A DNA stretch of 64,000 nucleotides from Eledone cirrhosa (taxonomy: Eukaryota). Position numbers and translations under genes: made by a program. The notes beneath the pieces were generated by a model. That model did not search any database and was not told the origin of the DNA. It worked only from the letters and a program-made list of their open reading frames with translations. The stretch's first letter is position 1. Each line of letters begins with the position of its first letter. Location of the stretch: assembly GCA_964016885.1 (NCBI GenBank), contig OZ024743.1, positions 294,500,001 to 294,564,000 on the forward strand, read 5' to 3'. Shown here piece by piece: positions 52,001 to 64,000 of the stretch.

Positions 52001-54736
52001 TAGAGTAGTCTCAATAGGTTTTAGTAAGGAATTAGCCTCAGATAGGAATAGGAAGGAAAGGGAGTTGGTAGATAGAGTAGAAGAGGCGATTAGAAGCGGC
52101 AACGTAGCCAGAGTGCTAGCGTCGAGAACGGCCTTAGACCAGTTTTTCGACGCGAAGCACGAAGGGTGCGTTGTAAGAAGCAAAATACGTGCTCTAGGAA
52201 ACGAGGGGGCCAAAGCTGTTAGCTAGGCTCGCGTGAGAGAAGTCAAAAGTGGAATTAAATCCACTATCTGGTCTTTGAAGGACCAGGATGGACGGGTGAT
52301 CCTTGAAACTGGACAGATGTGTGAGGCCTTTCAAAGGCACTTTGCACGACTTTTCGGGAGGGGCGGGGGACCGGATGGGATGGGGATTTGGGTCCAAACC
52401 TCGACGGCCTACCACGTCTTTCGAACGAGGAGGCAAAGTCCTGCGAAAGACCGATTTCAGCTGCTGAAATAGGGGACGTGCTGAGCCAATGCGGAAAACG
52501 CAAATACACTGGTCTCGATGGTCTTCCATACGATCTCCTCGAGGCGGTCTACTGCAACTGGCAACAGAACGGGAGAATTCCCTGTTATGTGACCAAGGGC
52601 GTAGTCTCGCTAGTGAGGAAGGACGAGAAGAAAGGGGATGAAATAAGTAATTTTAGGCCCATATCTCTGCTAAATGCGGAGTTAAAGATTTTGGCCAAGG
52701 TGTTAGCAAAGAGGATGACGCCGTCGTGGGCAACCTGGTAGGAAATGCGCAGACATGCGCTATCCCGTCCATGTCCATTCACGACAACCTCCACCTCATG
52801 CTATACATCATAGAGAGGGTAGGGAATGAACCCGGCTTTGGTGGGGCCTTGATCAACTTGGATCAATCTAGGGTGTTCGATAGGGTCGACCATGGTTACC
52901 TGGATGCGGTGCTAGCGGCGGAAGGTTTCGGACCCGTTTTCAGGGGCTGGATTAATGCCATGCACAGCAGCCGCATCTGCTCGAGGGTCAAGGTGAACGG
53001 CTACCTCTCGGAGCCGTTCCTAATCGCGCGGTCCATCCGACAGTGGTGCCCTCTCTCCTCCCTCCTGTATATGCTGGCTCTCGAGCCACTGCTGCGGAAG
53101 ATGGCGTTGTTGCAGGGAATCCTCTTGGAATCGGGATTGTGGAAAGCGGTGTCGGCCTACGCCGATGAAGTCACAGTAATGGTGTTGAGTACCTCGGAAA
53201 TCGGGGCGATCGGCACCATACTGGAGGAATACGAAAGGTTTGCGGGGGCGAAGCTGAACCGGGACAAGTCCGTCGGTTTGCACCTGGGTGCATGGGGGAG
53301 GCAAACCGATGCCCTCCAACGGTGTCATCGGACGCTGGAAGGAGGGCCAGGTGAAGCTGCTCGGGGTTTGGTTCGGACCAGACCTCCGGGTAGAGAAGAA
53401 CTGGGGTGAGCTAACGAACAGGGTGTTTGCACTGGCCCAGAAGTGGGCCGAGTGCAAATAACGCTGAAAGGTTGAGCGGAGGTGGCGAACGCTTATATAG
53501 CGATCGTCCGTCATCTATTAACGCTTGACTGTTGTGCCTTGCCCAGGTGAAACGGTCACCAAAATGGAGCGCGCACTCTTCCAATACCTTTGGAAGAAGC
53601 GGGCTCCTTTGGTGAGGAGATCCATCTGCTGTCAACACGCTTCGAAAGGAAGGCTGGGGCTGCTGTGGCTGCAGAAGCGTAAATACGCATTAAGGCTACG
53701 GCACCTCCAGGTGAGGCGATCCTTTCCGAGACTCATCTCGCTTACCGAGCTGCAATCCTGGGTCAAGCAAAGACCGAGAAAACTTGGTACCTGGCACACG
53801 GAGTGTGCTCAGGCGCTCACGGCTCTCTGGCAGGCGGACCCAGCTATCAGTGGAGACTCCACCTCGACATTCTATAGAGGGTTGGTCAGCAGCAGGTGCG
53901 ACGACGCCTTCGGAGAAGCCCTAGGCATGGAGGAGGAAGAACTGGCCAGCCTGTTCGGTAGGATATTTGGCCCGGGACCGATGGACAACTTCCAGAGGTC
54001 CCTGGCCTGGCAGTGCTACCGTGGGGTACTGCCCGTTCGAGACAAGCTCTACAGACACGGGCGCGCGGGTAGGGACCATTCGAAAAAGATCTGTCCGTGA
54101 TGCGTGCGCGACGAGGAAACCGTCGCGCACGCATTGGTACACTGCCCGGGCGTTGCCGACCTGTGGGGCTATATGGAACGACTGCTGTCACGGGTGGGAC
54201 CAATCCGGTTGACCACCAATTCCATCGTCACGATTAAACCCCTTTCAAAAATGAAGGAGAGGCGGTCTTTCTCTGTGTTATAGCCATGGTGAATGAGGTT
54301 GTATGGTGGACGCGTTTGAAAGAGCTAAGGTCTGACACTATTCTCTCCGGCCAACAACTGGTCCTTTTCTTCCCATAGCATTTCCAAAGAAGGATCAGGA
54401 TGGAGAGAGAGGTCCTCTATCTACCTCAGCCAGTTTTATGAAAGGTGGGTGAAAGTGGCAAGAATGACCCGTGTGAATGGGCCTTCTCTCTACATCAGCC
54501 TGTAGGTGGAAAGAATAGGAGAAGAAAGGAACACCCTCTCTTTATGCTCCCGAGGAGAAGGGTTGCACATTTTTTCGGGGGTGTGTGCGACCCCCAAAAC
54601 GCCTTCCCTATTGAGGAGTTCGATTGTTTTATTTTGTTTGATATATTTGTATACTCGTTTTATTGTATGTAAACTCCTCCCACCCCCTTTGTATTTGTCC
54701 CAATCTTTTATGCCTGGTGGCAAATAAATAGAAAGT
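49036..54736 (+). mobile_element. Divergent L1/Tx1-clade LINE copy F inserted in (TATC)n
   Basis: ORF1 remnants (poly-N, SFAQVV, CNLCGGRGHLRAAC), ORF2 51205-54505, 3' end GCCTGGTGGCAAATAAATAGAAAG then (TATC)n 54737-54766. Confidence 0.9.
51205..54505 (+). pseudogene. Tx1-F ORF2 (APE-RT-zinc finger)
   Basis: MAVLRVGCLNARGL, AICES, NFRPISLLN, LDQSRVFDRV, AYADE, LPVRDKL. Confidence 0.88.
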
Positions 54737-54876
54737 TATCTATCAATCTATTTATCTATCTATCTATATAAATATATATATATAACGAAGGAAGTGTGGT
54801 AAGGAACAAGGTGGACCCTAACGCACCAGAGTGCACGATACTTTGGGTAGTAGAGTGAGTAATAGGAAACGAGTCA

Positions 54877-54961
54877 GAACCCCGATGGCAGAGCTCAAGC
54901 CGTTTCAACAGCTATTCAAGAAATAGGTGTCGAAACGGCCTAAGCTCTGCCGTCGGGGTTC
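54877..54961. repeat. ~40-bp-arm imperfect palindrome in a TA-flanked segment
   Basis: GAACCCCGATGGCAGAGCT..GCCGTTTC / GAAACGGC..AGCTCTGCCGTCGGGGTTC. Confidence 0.85.
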
Positions 54962-55090
54962 AGAGGCTTCTCCTATATATATATATATATAAAATGAAAA
55001 GATTGACTTAACTTGCAATTCTAAACAATTTAATTTTAGTTTATATCATAATTTTACAATTTGGATTTTCAGATCTAGTAAGTTAACTTC

Positions 55091-55175
<85 letters not shown>

Positions 55176-55216
55176 TATCATAATTGTAAGTTACTTCATA
55201 TATATATATATATATC

Positions 55217-56036
55217 ATAATTGAATATAAAAGAAAAACCAACACAGATATATACATATATGTGTTCAATCGTAAGAGACCAGATTCGCTAAGGTGAAAA
55301 GAATACTAACTATCAACAATAGAGTTTGCCAGGCTCAATTTAAGAATAAATCAAGAAAATAAATACAAACCGGAATTGTGGTAATCACCCAGAGAGCTTA
55401 CGATTTGAACACAAATATATATTGGCCCCTTACGATTTGAACACATATATGTATATATCTGTGTTGGTTTTTTTTTTATATTCAATTATAATATACGGCT
55501 CAGAAAAATCTGTTTCCTAGAGCTATTTTATTGTAAGAGACTATTTTCAGTTTCTAACTCAATATATACCTTTGATATATTCGGCTCCGTGAATTTGTTG
55601 AGCTAATTCAAATGTCGAGTAAACCTGGCTGCTATTTTTAGTGGTGTGAGTTTGTGAGACACGCTAAGTTCAGATACCATGTGCGTTATTATATATACGC
55701 ACACTATTAAGGTTTTTGACATACTTAGAAGTGACCAAGATACTAATTCTTCACCCACTGATGAGCAAGAATTGGTATTCCTCTTCACATATTAACTTTG
55801 TGAAACAGCATTACCAAAGTTGTCTGGGTAATTGGTAGTTACCAGAATTCCGGTTTGTATTTATTTTGTTGATTTATTCTTAAATTGAATCTGGCAAACC
55901 CTATTGTCTATAGTTAGTATTATTTTCACCTTATAGAATTTGAACACATGTATGTATATATATGTGTTCGTTTTTCTTTTATATTCAATTATAATATACG
56001 CACGAACAAATCTCTTTCCTAGAGCTATTTTCTTGT

Positions 56037-56045
<9 letters not shown>
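55217..56045 (+). mobile_element. Second locus of the ~510-nt hammerhead unit: inverted partial copy (55217-55398) plus ~1.2 forward units, between (TA)n tracts
   Basis: Matches 36854-38006; TTTGAACACA recurs at 55436 and 55939. Confidence 0.75.
55751..55830 (+). ncRNA. Type I hammerhead ribozyme (G-U variants)
   Basis: TCACCCA CTGATGA GCAAG..TTTGT GAAA CAGC..GTTG TC TGGGT. Confidence 0.8.
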
Positions 56046-56088
<43 letters not shown>

Positions 56089-56549
56089 AAAGTATGTGTT
56101 CCTACATGTAAATAATACACATAGGGATACAAGTATAGTCCCACCGTATGCTAGTGTGGTTCAATGTCAAGTTAATAAATTAACAAGCCAGAACATATAA
56201 AATCATGGGAAAGAAAAAGTGTTAAAATAAATTTCAAAAAATTCTCTGTACTTACTACATGGGCCTTTACCGCGGTTTCAGATCCCAAACAAATAGATAA
56301 TCCAACCGGATTTCCATAGACGTGTCCGAGGAACTTGCGAGTCCAGGGTCAGCTAGATCCACACACAGATCAAACCTCAAGCTGTTCGCCGGGTAAACAA
56401 TTGTAACACACAATAAATTGAGTTCCGATGCATCAGTGATTTTTCGTTTTCCATTCTATATATATATATAAGTATTGAAGTAACCGTTAAAAATTGAAAA
56501 AGTCATAGGAGTGAAGAGTGCTCTATGTAAGTACCAGAGCAAAATTTAA

Positions 56550-58693
56550 TATATAATAAACAATACAATATAATTTCCTCATTACCAGAGGTTTCCGAAT
56601 AAGACGAATACGAAAAACGTCCTCATTCGTTCATCGGACAAGGCAATTTAAAACATAGTGAAATATTTGAAAAGTCTCTTCAAGAAAGGCAAGAGTTTAA
56701 CGGGCAAAAAAATATATAAATAAAAGTAATGCAAGAGATATATAAAAAGAAGCTATTTTCAATAGGGCATCCCCCTACTATAATAAAGCTCTTCAAAATA
56801 GCGGATTTAGCGAACCGATTAGGTACATACCCAACAATACTAACTCTTTTAAACATAATAATAGAAAAATAAAAATAATCTAGTTCACCCCCCCCCCTAC
56901 TCTCTAGCAGTTAAAACTAATGTAGGCAAACAATTCCTAGAGCTCTTAGATAAACATTTCCATAGAACACATAGATACTATAAGATCTTCAATAGAAACT
57001 GTGTCAAAATTAGCTACTCCTGCGGTCCCCCCTATTAAATCTTATATCATCAATAAGAAATCACCCAGAGAACATCAAAATTGCTCCTGTAGAGTCAAAA
57101 GTGAATGCCCATTACAAGGTAAATGCAACACCAAAGCCATTGTATATGCGGCTAAAGTGACAACGATCAGCAACAACCTACCAGCCACCAGCGAACGATA
57201 TGTGGGTATGACACAAGACAAATTCAAAACGTGTTATTACTCACATGTCGCATCTTTCTGACGTCCAGAAAAAAGATTCACAACAGCTCTGGCTAGCAGA
57301 ATATGGGATTTGAAAGACCAAGGTATCCAATATAAATTGGATTGGTCAATTTTGAACCAATCTAAAGAATATGCAAGAGGAACAAGAAGATGCACACTCT
57401 GCATAAGTGAAAAATATTGGATTTTACAGAACCTTATATCACCAAAAACCTGCCTAATTACAAAAACAGAAATTTTCACCAGTTGCCCACACATGAAATC
57501 ACACTTGCTTTCCAGCTCATATAAATTTAACTTACTTTCAGATACTTCTCCTCCATAAACTCTTATTCTTCACTTTCCTTAAATTATCATCTTTACAGAT
57601 TTCTCTTTCTGATTTACTTTCATTTTTAACTTTGTTTTTAATTTTATTTTTATTTTTACTTCACATCCACCAGTAACCCCCTCTCCCTACTTTTCGATTC
57701 ACTTACCTAATATCTTCACATTCCACATTTTACTTCCCCATTTTCTTTCACTACCTGATATGACAACTCACTTGCGTTTTCCACTTCAGATATATTGTTG
57801 TTTCGCAGCCGATTTTATATTTGTACTCATTTATTCATACGGCTGGTTTATAATCTGTATCTATGCGTGTGAGTGTGCATATGTGTGGATACATTCTGTA
57901 TATGTATACGAACGCCTCCGTATGTGTATGTGCGTACGTATATATATGTAAGTGTATGTGTGTTTTTATATCTATGTGTTTTACATAGTTATACGTGTGT
58001 GTGTATGCGGGTGAATGTATGTGTATGTGTATGTATATGTGGGTATTTGTATACGTATGTATGGGTGTGTATGTATATATGTATATATATATATGTCAGG
58101 TCACCACTTGGTGCTACTGGTAACATGTATCCCAGTACAACCTGTCTCATGGTCGGGTCGTTGGCGACTAAACTGGCAACCCCACCAAGGTTTCTTGGTG
58201 AGGAGGGTGACTTTGGACATCCTGCAGGACTAAAAACAAAACCTGTCAAAGGGCAAAGGAGCCCTTAAGAGTCAATGGCCATCCAAAATCACTGGGAGAG
58301 ATGACCCCTTAGCCTTTGTCAAGGCAGAATTCTAGGAGAAAGAAAACTCTGATATAACACCTGCAACCCTGATGGTATCCAATGATGTTGACTTGTTCTT
58401 CTTTTGGGTAAATATCATCTTGGTTAAGAGAGTGGGACTGGCTTTGTGCAGTGCCTTTGCTCACTATAAAAGCTCCACGGCACACTTTATATCTGGAGAT
58501 CTCTCTGCACTTGTCGTCACATGGTACCAAAGGTAAAGCATTATGTGTCAATAATTGTCACAAGTGTAGTGTTTGTACCAGAGTTTTCAAGTCGCTGGCT
58601 GGACTAAAAAGTCACACTCGTTCAGTGCATCGGTAGGGGTTCTCCTAAATGGATATAAAGTAGTGGCCGTACTCGAAAACGAGTTGGCAGCCA

Positions 58694-58771
<78 letters not shown>

Positions 58772-59556
58772 GCGTACGTACGTGTGATTAGATATACATG
58801 TGGCGATATATATATACGTGCCTCGTGTGTATGTATGTACGCATGCATGCGCTTTTGTCTGTACGTATTTGTGTGTATAAATATGTTTATATATATATAT
58901 ATGTGTGTGTGTACGTGCGTACCTATGTTTGTTTTCTTTTCTCTAGTGTTAATTGATTACTTTCTCTTTGATTTAAAAAAAAATGTTCATTCTCATATAT
59001 TATTTCATTTTTATACATATATCGAGAATGACACTTCTTTTTACTATTACACTCCCTTCCCTCTTTATCTTCCGCATATAAGTGCCCACGTGTGTGTGTG
59101 TGTTTATACGCGTGCTTTCATACTCGTATGTGTATTTAATACCTGTATCTGGATGCGTGTTAACTATATTATCTTACAATTTCTTTTTCAACTCATATTA
59201 TATACGTATTTGTGGTCACATATACACAAATATACTAGCCCTCATATATGTACTTACGCACACATTTTCACCATAGACATGCATTTGTACATACACACAT
59301 ATGTACATTTGTGAGTGTATATACATACATATACACATACCCTAACTATATTTCCTCATTTTTTTTATATATCTCTTGCATTACTTTTATTTATATATTT
59401 TTTGCCCGTTAAACTTTCTTGGGGAGACTTTTCAAATATTTCACTATGTTTTAAATTGCCTTGTCCGATGAACGAATGAGGACGTTTTTCGTATTCGTCT
59501 TATTCAGGAAACCTCTGTTAATGAGGTAATTATATTGTATTGTTTATTATACATTA
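56550..59556 (+). mobile_element. Penelope-like element: inverted pLTR piece (56550-56750), ORF 3' part with GIY-YIG (~56760-57558), long 3' region interrupted by an RTE remnant, pLTR end 59360-59556
   Basis: TNVGKQFLELLDKHF, CSCRVKSECPLQGKC, IVY..YVGMT, CTLCISEK; ~200-bp inverted repeat carrying a CCGATGA..GAAACCTC..GAGGTA hammerhead-like core. Confidence 0.8.
58097..58696 (+). mobile_element. Short RTE-like non-autonomous element (UTR-like 5' part fused to the 3' end), in (TA)n
   Basis: C-terminal C2H2 CSVCTRVFKSLAGLKSHTRSVH typical of RTE ORF ends; no RT sequence; TA tracts on both sides. Confidence 0.55.
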
Positions 59557-61865
59557 TATATATATATATACGGGCTGAGCATTCTACAAACGCCGACCCC
59601 TCGAATTACAACTCATTTTTACCAGTTATGTTGACAGAAGAGCTACGTGAAACCAAGTCATGTGTTGGAGCTAAGCCTTCAGCGACAATATTCTTGTTTT
59701 CTGTTCACATAGCATGAAAGTCAGCTTGACTGCCACGTTTGAAAGATGACAAATTGGCGGCAACAGATACGCCGCATCGACATATGTTGGTGGCGAGTAG
59801 CGGTTGGTGCAAGTAGAATAAATGTTGTCTACCATCCATGTGTATATGATCCAGATAGAGGTAGTATTATTTTTGCAGAATATTACTGATTAATGGTTTG
59901 AAATTATTTATCAAACAACAATTATATATTGATTCAAGAAATCAAAATATATAAGTTTTCTTATTAGCGCATCGTGTGAACCTCTACAATATATACAGCT
60001 ACTCGAAAAGACAGAGATTACATTTCCAAGCTTCAGAAAAAGGGGATGCGTTTGTAAAAAATGCTATATATATTAGTGAAGCCATCGGAGGAAACAAGAG
60101 AAGCAGGCGGTATTTTCCTGCCCCTGTCGATGAAAATGTGCATCTGCTATGTAATTATTCCTCTCATTGATTTTTAAGCCCGTTTAGTTTCTATGGATAC
60201 CATCTTATGATGTAAATGCGTCACTACATACTATATACAGTCTTTGAAATCCAGAATCTATCATAATTAATTCGTTGTCAGTAGTTTCCAGTTGGTCAGT
60301 CGTGTATTGGTGTGTACATATATTTTATATGTTTAAATTATAAACCATTGTATTATTTCTTCAATAAGTTGTTGTATATTTTCTCTTCTACAATCTTACA
60401 ATTCATATCTTATTAACACTTACTCTCATGGATCAACTGCACTTTAAAAAAATTATTTTACTTTAATATTTTTTCAAATTCATTTTTCGTTTTACATTTC
60501 AAATTCATTCCCCAACTTTACATAACAGTAGACCACCCGTGATCCGTTGGATCACCTTCACTTAAAACATATTTTAAAAATAATTAACACATACACAGAC
60601 ATGTATATAATGTAAAATGAAATTGGAAGTCCCATATATATATATATAAACGTTTGAATTTGTAAAGCCAAAACAATGCAGCTATGGACATGGAATAGAA
60701 AATGCAAATGCCAAAGATATTGTTGACAATTAGTCTTTTACCTTAGATTTATTTAAAAGTCCTTAATTTTCGAGATAATATCTCTTTTTCGGTGGGAAGT
60801 AAAGCGGTTAAACCAGTGTTCTAAATAGCTTGCCAAGTCATTACACAATGCTTCAAGTGAACTATAACTTCCTCCTATATATTTATATAGCTCTCTCTGC
60901 TATTTTCCCTCTCTGTCTCCTTCTCTCTCCCTCTCTATGTTTGTCTCTCAATCTACTCTCTCACAACCACTATCTCTTTCTCTCTATCCTTCTCTCTCTC
61001 TCTGTTTATGAAGGCACCCAGAAAATCCCATATGTCGGGAACACGTGCTTCGATTTACGAGAAACTTATTTTATTCCATTTGTATTCCCATTTCAGGGGC
61101 AGTTTCCTTTCAACTTTCAAAGTATTTTCCCATTAGATAGATAGATTTCTATAATATTTGACTTCGTTTCAAACTATAAGAGGTTAGCCTCATCTACCTA
61201 CACTATATTATTAAGATAACTCTAGTGACATTCTAATACATGTTCTACAATAAGAATTTCACGTTATTCTTCCCCTAATTTTATTCCATCCCAAATAATA
61301 CGCAATAGTCTAAACTAATTTAACATCTATATAACCTCGTAACCTTACTCCAACGAATCCACATAGAGTCAATTAATTTAACATTATGCTTATGGCAAAT
61401 TCGTTTTCTTGAATTAAGTCAGAATTGTATAAAATCATACATGTCTTTATCTTATATATTGTATAAGCCATAATTTAACTAAATGTTTATCAGGCGAGAC
61501 ACTTTTAAGGCGTTTTCTTAAAACAGTTAATGTCTAGAAATTTTATGACGTTCGCAAATTTAGATATGCACATATATATTAGTTTCCTCATTTGCATTTC
61601 AAATTAAAAATTGCGTCATACTTTAAATTCAAGAAATATATAGCTGAGTTATGTATTGCAAACAGTCATCTACACACGGATTCCATTGTTCTTAGTTTCA
61701 AACTGTATACCGCTCTATTAAATTTCAGCCCATAATTCATCTACGTGCGTTGAATTTAAATATGGAATTTAAGATTAGGGATATTCTTTACTATTCTGGT
61801 GCTTCGTCTTACTCTCATTCTCTCCAGTATATATATATATTTGGAAACTCTGCTTCGTAGAATCG

Positions 61866-61962
61866 AGACATATCTGAAGATCTTACGATGTCAGAGTCAG
61901 GTTTGATCATTGCAACGTTCGGGCCTCGAGCTGGTCGCCAGAGAAACGATTGTAATATGTCT
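61866..61962 (+). ncRNA. Type I hammerhead motif in a ~170-bp TA-flanked unit
   Basis: AGACATAT CTGAAGA TCT...AGA GAAA CGATTG TA ATATGTCT (8-bp stem I), followed by AATAAA. Confidence 0.7.
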
Positions 61963-62273
61963 AATAAATCTTATTCGTCGCAATACTGATTCTCCGTTCC
62001 TTATGTGATATATATATAAGGAGGTAAAACAAGCTGTGTTGTTGGTGGAGGAGGAGAGTAGAATATATATATTTATGTATGAGTGAGTGTGTGTATGTAC
62101 GCGCTTATTAGATCATAGTATATATATATATATATATAGACTCAAAGATATCCACGGTAAGTTGTGGGGTCTATTCTGCATGAAGAACTCAATGTTATCC
62201 ATATGTTGAAAATGTTGTAGGTTAAGATAAATCCCTGAAAACAATAAAACATAAGAAGGAAAACAGAGTTATA

Positions 62274-62656
62274 ATATAAGTTAAAACAATGAAATAAAAA
62301 ATCAAGTCATTAGAGATATAATTCACTGCTTTACGATCGTTTCTAGGTGATGGTAATACATAGTAGCTATACTTCGTTATTTTACTATGTAAGGTTGGTT
62401 ACAAAATATCAGATAAAGAGAATATATACTTACATGCCTATCACCAGCTGTTTTAAAAAGCAATCAATTGCATTTGAAAACAGCTGGTGATATGCATGTA
62501 AATAAATATTCTCTTTATCTGATATTTTGTAACTAACCTTACATAGACCAATAACGAAGTATAGCTACTATGTATTACCATCACCTAGAAACGATCTTAA
62601 AGCAGTGAAGTATATCTCTATTGACTTGATTTTTTATTTCATTGTTTTAACTTATA
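62274..62656. repeat. ~190-bp-arm palindrome with almost no spacer
   Basis: ATATAAGTTAAAACAATG... / ...CATTGTTTTAACTTATAT; centre ~62463. Confidence 0.9.
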
Positions 62657-62699
62657 TATATATATATACATATATATATATAAGTTATATATATATATA

Positions 62700-63582
62700 T
62701 TGTTATACTTTGGGATTGTCATGTTGCCAATAAGAAACACACGCACCAGTTGCTTTCACTTCAATTTATTATAATAAATTTATAAATTTATAAATTTAGG
62801 AATTTATAAATTTCCGGTTGGTTGGTTGGTTCCACAACCAGTTGATTGTTCATATATTGTCAAAGTTCTTTCGTCACACATTCTGTGACCTCATCAGTGA
62901 CTGGGGATTCTTTTCTTTTCATTGTTTTTGTGCCTCTTTTTTCTTCTGTCCTACGCCATCTTGTTTTTGTGTGTGTTGTGTGCTTAGTTTGCGCATGTGT
63001 TACATCCGGGTGTCTGTGTGTGTTTATATTTGTTTATTTATTTGCTTATTTACATGTTACTGGTTGGTTGTCTGTTCTATGTGCGTGAGTGTTTTCATTT
63101 TGTCCTTAATTGCAAGTTGTGATGTTGCTGTTCCATTCATGTTTTCTATTTATTTTTGGTTGGAGTTCATTTATGTTTATTGCCTCTGTGATTTGTCTAA
63201 ATATTGCGTCTTTTCTGTGTGTAGATTCTATTTTTATTTCTATTTTCTCTAATTTACCCTTATGTTCTATTTTAGCATGTTGGTAGAGTACAGATGATTC
63301 TTTACTATCTTGAAGGTCTCGCCAGTGTTCATTTTTCCGTTCCCCTATACTACGAGCTGTCTCACGAAAGCACTTTGACAATATATAAACAATCATCTTG
63401 TGGAACCAACCAACCAACCGGAAATTTATAAATTCCTAAATTTATAAATTTATTATAATAAACTGAAGTGAAAGCACTGGTGCGTGTGTTTCTTATTGGC
63501 AACATGACCCTCCCAAAGTATGACAATATATGTTTCAACACACGTTTTCAGATAAAGAATCTTACTAAACAAATTCAGAAAC
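62700..63582 (-). mobile_element. Penelope-like 3' fragment (62700-63360) with an inverted pLTR piece (63365-63582)
   Basis: ETARSIGERKNEH..SVLYQH..RQITEAINI; same family as 38149-38703; hammerhead at 62859-62901. Confidence 0.8.
62859..62901 (-). ncRNA. Minimal type I hammerhead (PLE-type)
   Basis: GUCA CUGAUGA g GUCACA..UGUGAC GAAA GAAC UU UGAC. Confidence 0.65.
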
Positions 63583-63585
63583 GAA

Positions 63586-63958
<373 letters not shown>

Positions 63959-64000
63959 TACCAACAACAAATTTCCTCCACCATCCAACACCTAGTCTCC

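Noticed and set aside
56260-56445. Hammerhead on the minus strand (GAAACCGCGGTA; CTGATGC)
   Set aside because: The core is mutated and no stem I pairing was found; possibly a decayed PLE end
58097-58240. HDV-like ribozyme at the 5' end of the RTE-like element
   Set aside because: Some crossing stems exist, but I could not place P1.1, L3 and the catalytic C in canonical order
59569-59900. Possible DNA transposon end TACGGGCTGA after (TA)n
   Set aside because: No matching inverted terminus or transposase found

Overview
AT-rich, microsatellite-dense animal DNA made almost entirely of retroelements, with no clear host gene (one weak candidate exon). The SINE family and repeat landscape suggest an octopus/cephalopod, which is an inference. 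(1) 2.4-34.6 kb is one 32-kb nest in which almost every junction is an (ATT)n tract: two 5'-truncated R4/Dong-type (RLE) LINEs on the minus strand, five L1/Tx1-type (APE-RT) LINEs and a tRNA-type SINE. (2) A sixth, divergent Tx1 copy (49.0-54.7 kb) sits in (TATC)n instead and has a different endonuclease beta-hairpin loop. A short 3' fragment at 46 kb shows a clean 14-bp TSD beginning TTATT. (3) The Tx1 copies have a 5'-splice-site motif at the ORF1 end, 38-40 nt before the ORF2 start in five of six copies. They also show ORF1/5'UTR swapping on a shared ORF2. (4) 36-64 kb holds Penelope-like fragments, about ten type I hammerhead ribozyme motifs from several families, a terminally redundant ~510-nt hammerhead unit resembling a retrozyme/circular-RNA element, long palindromes, SINEs, a mariner-type MITE and a bipartite RTE remnant. 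All LINE ORFs are disrupted or truncated; some homopolymer frameshifts could be sequencing errors. All calls are by eye, without searches.
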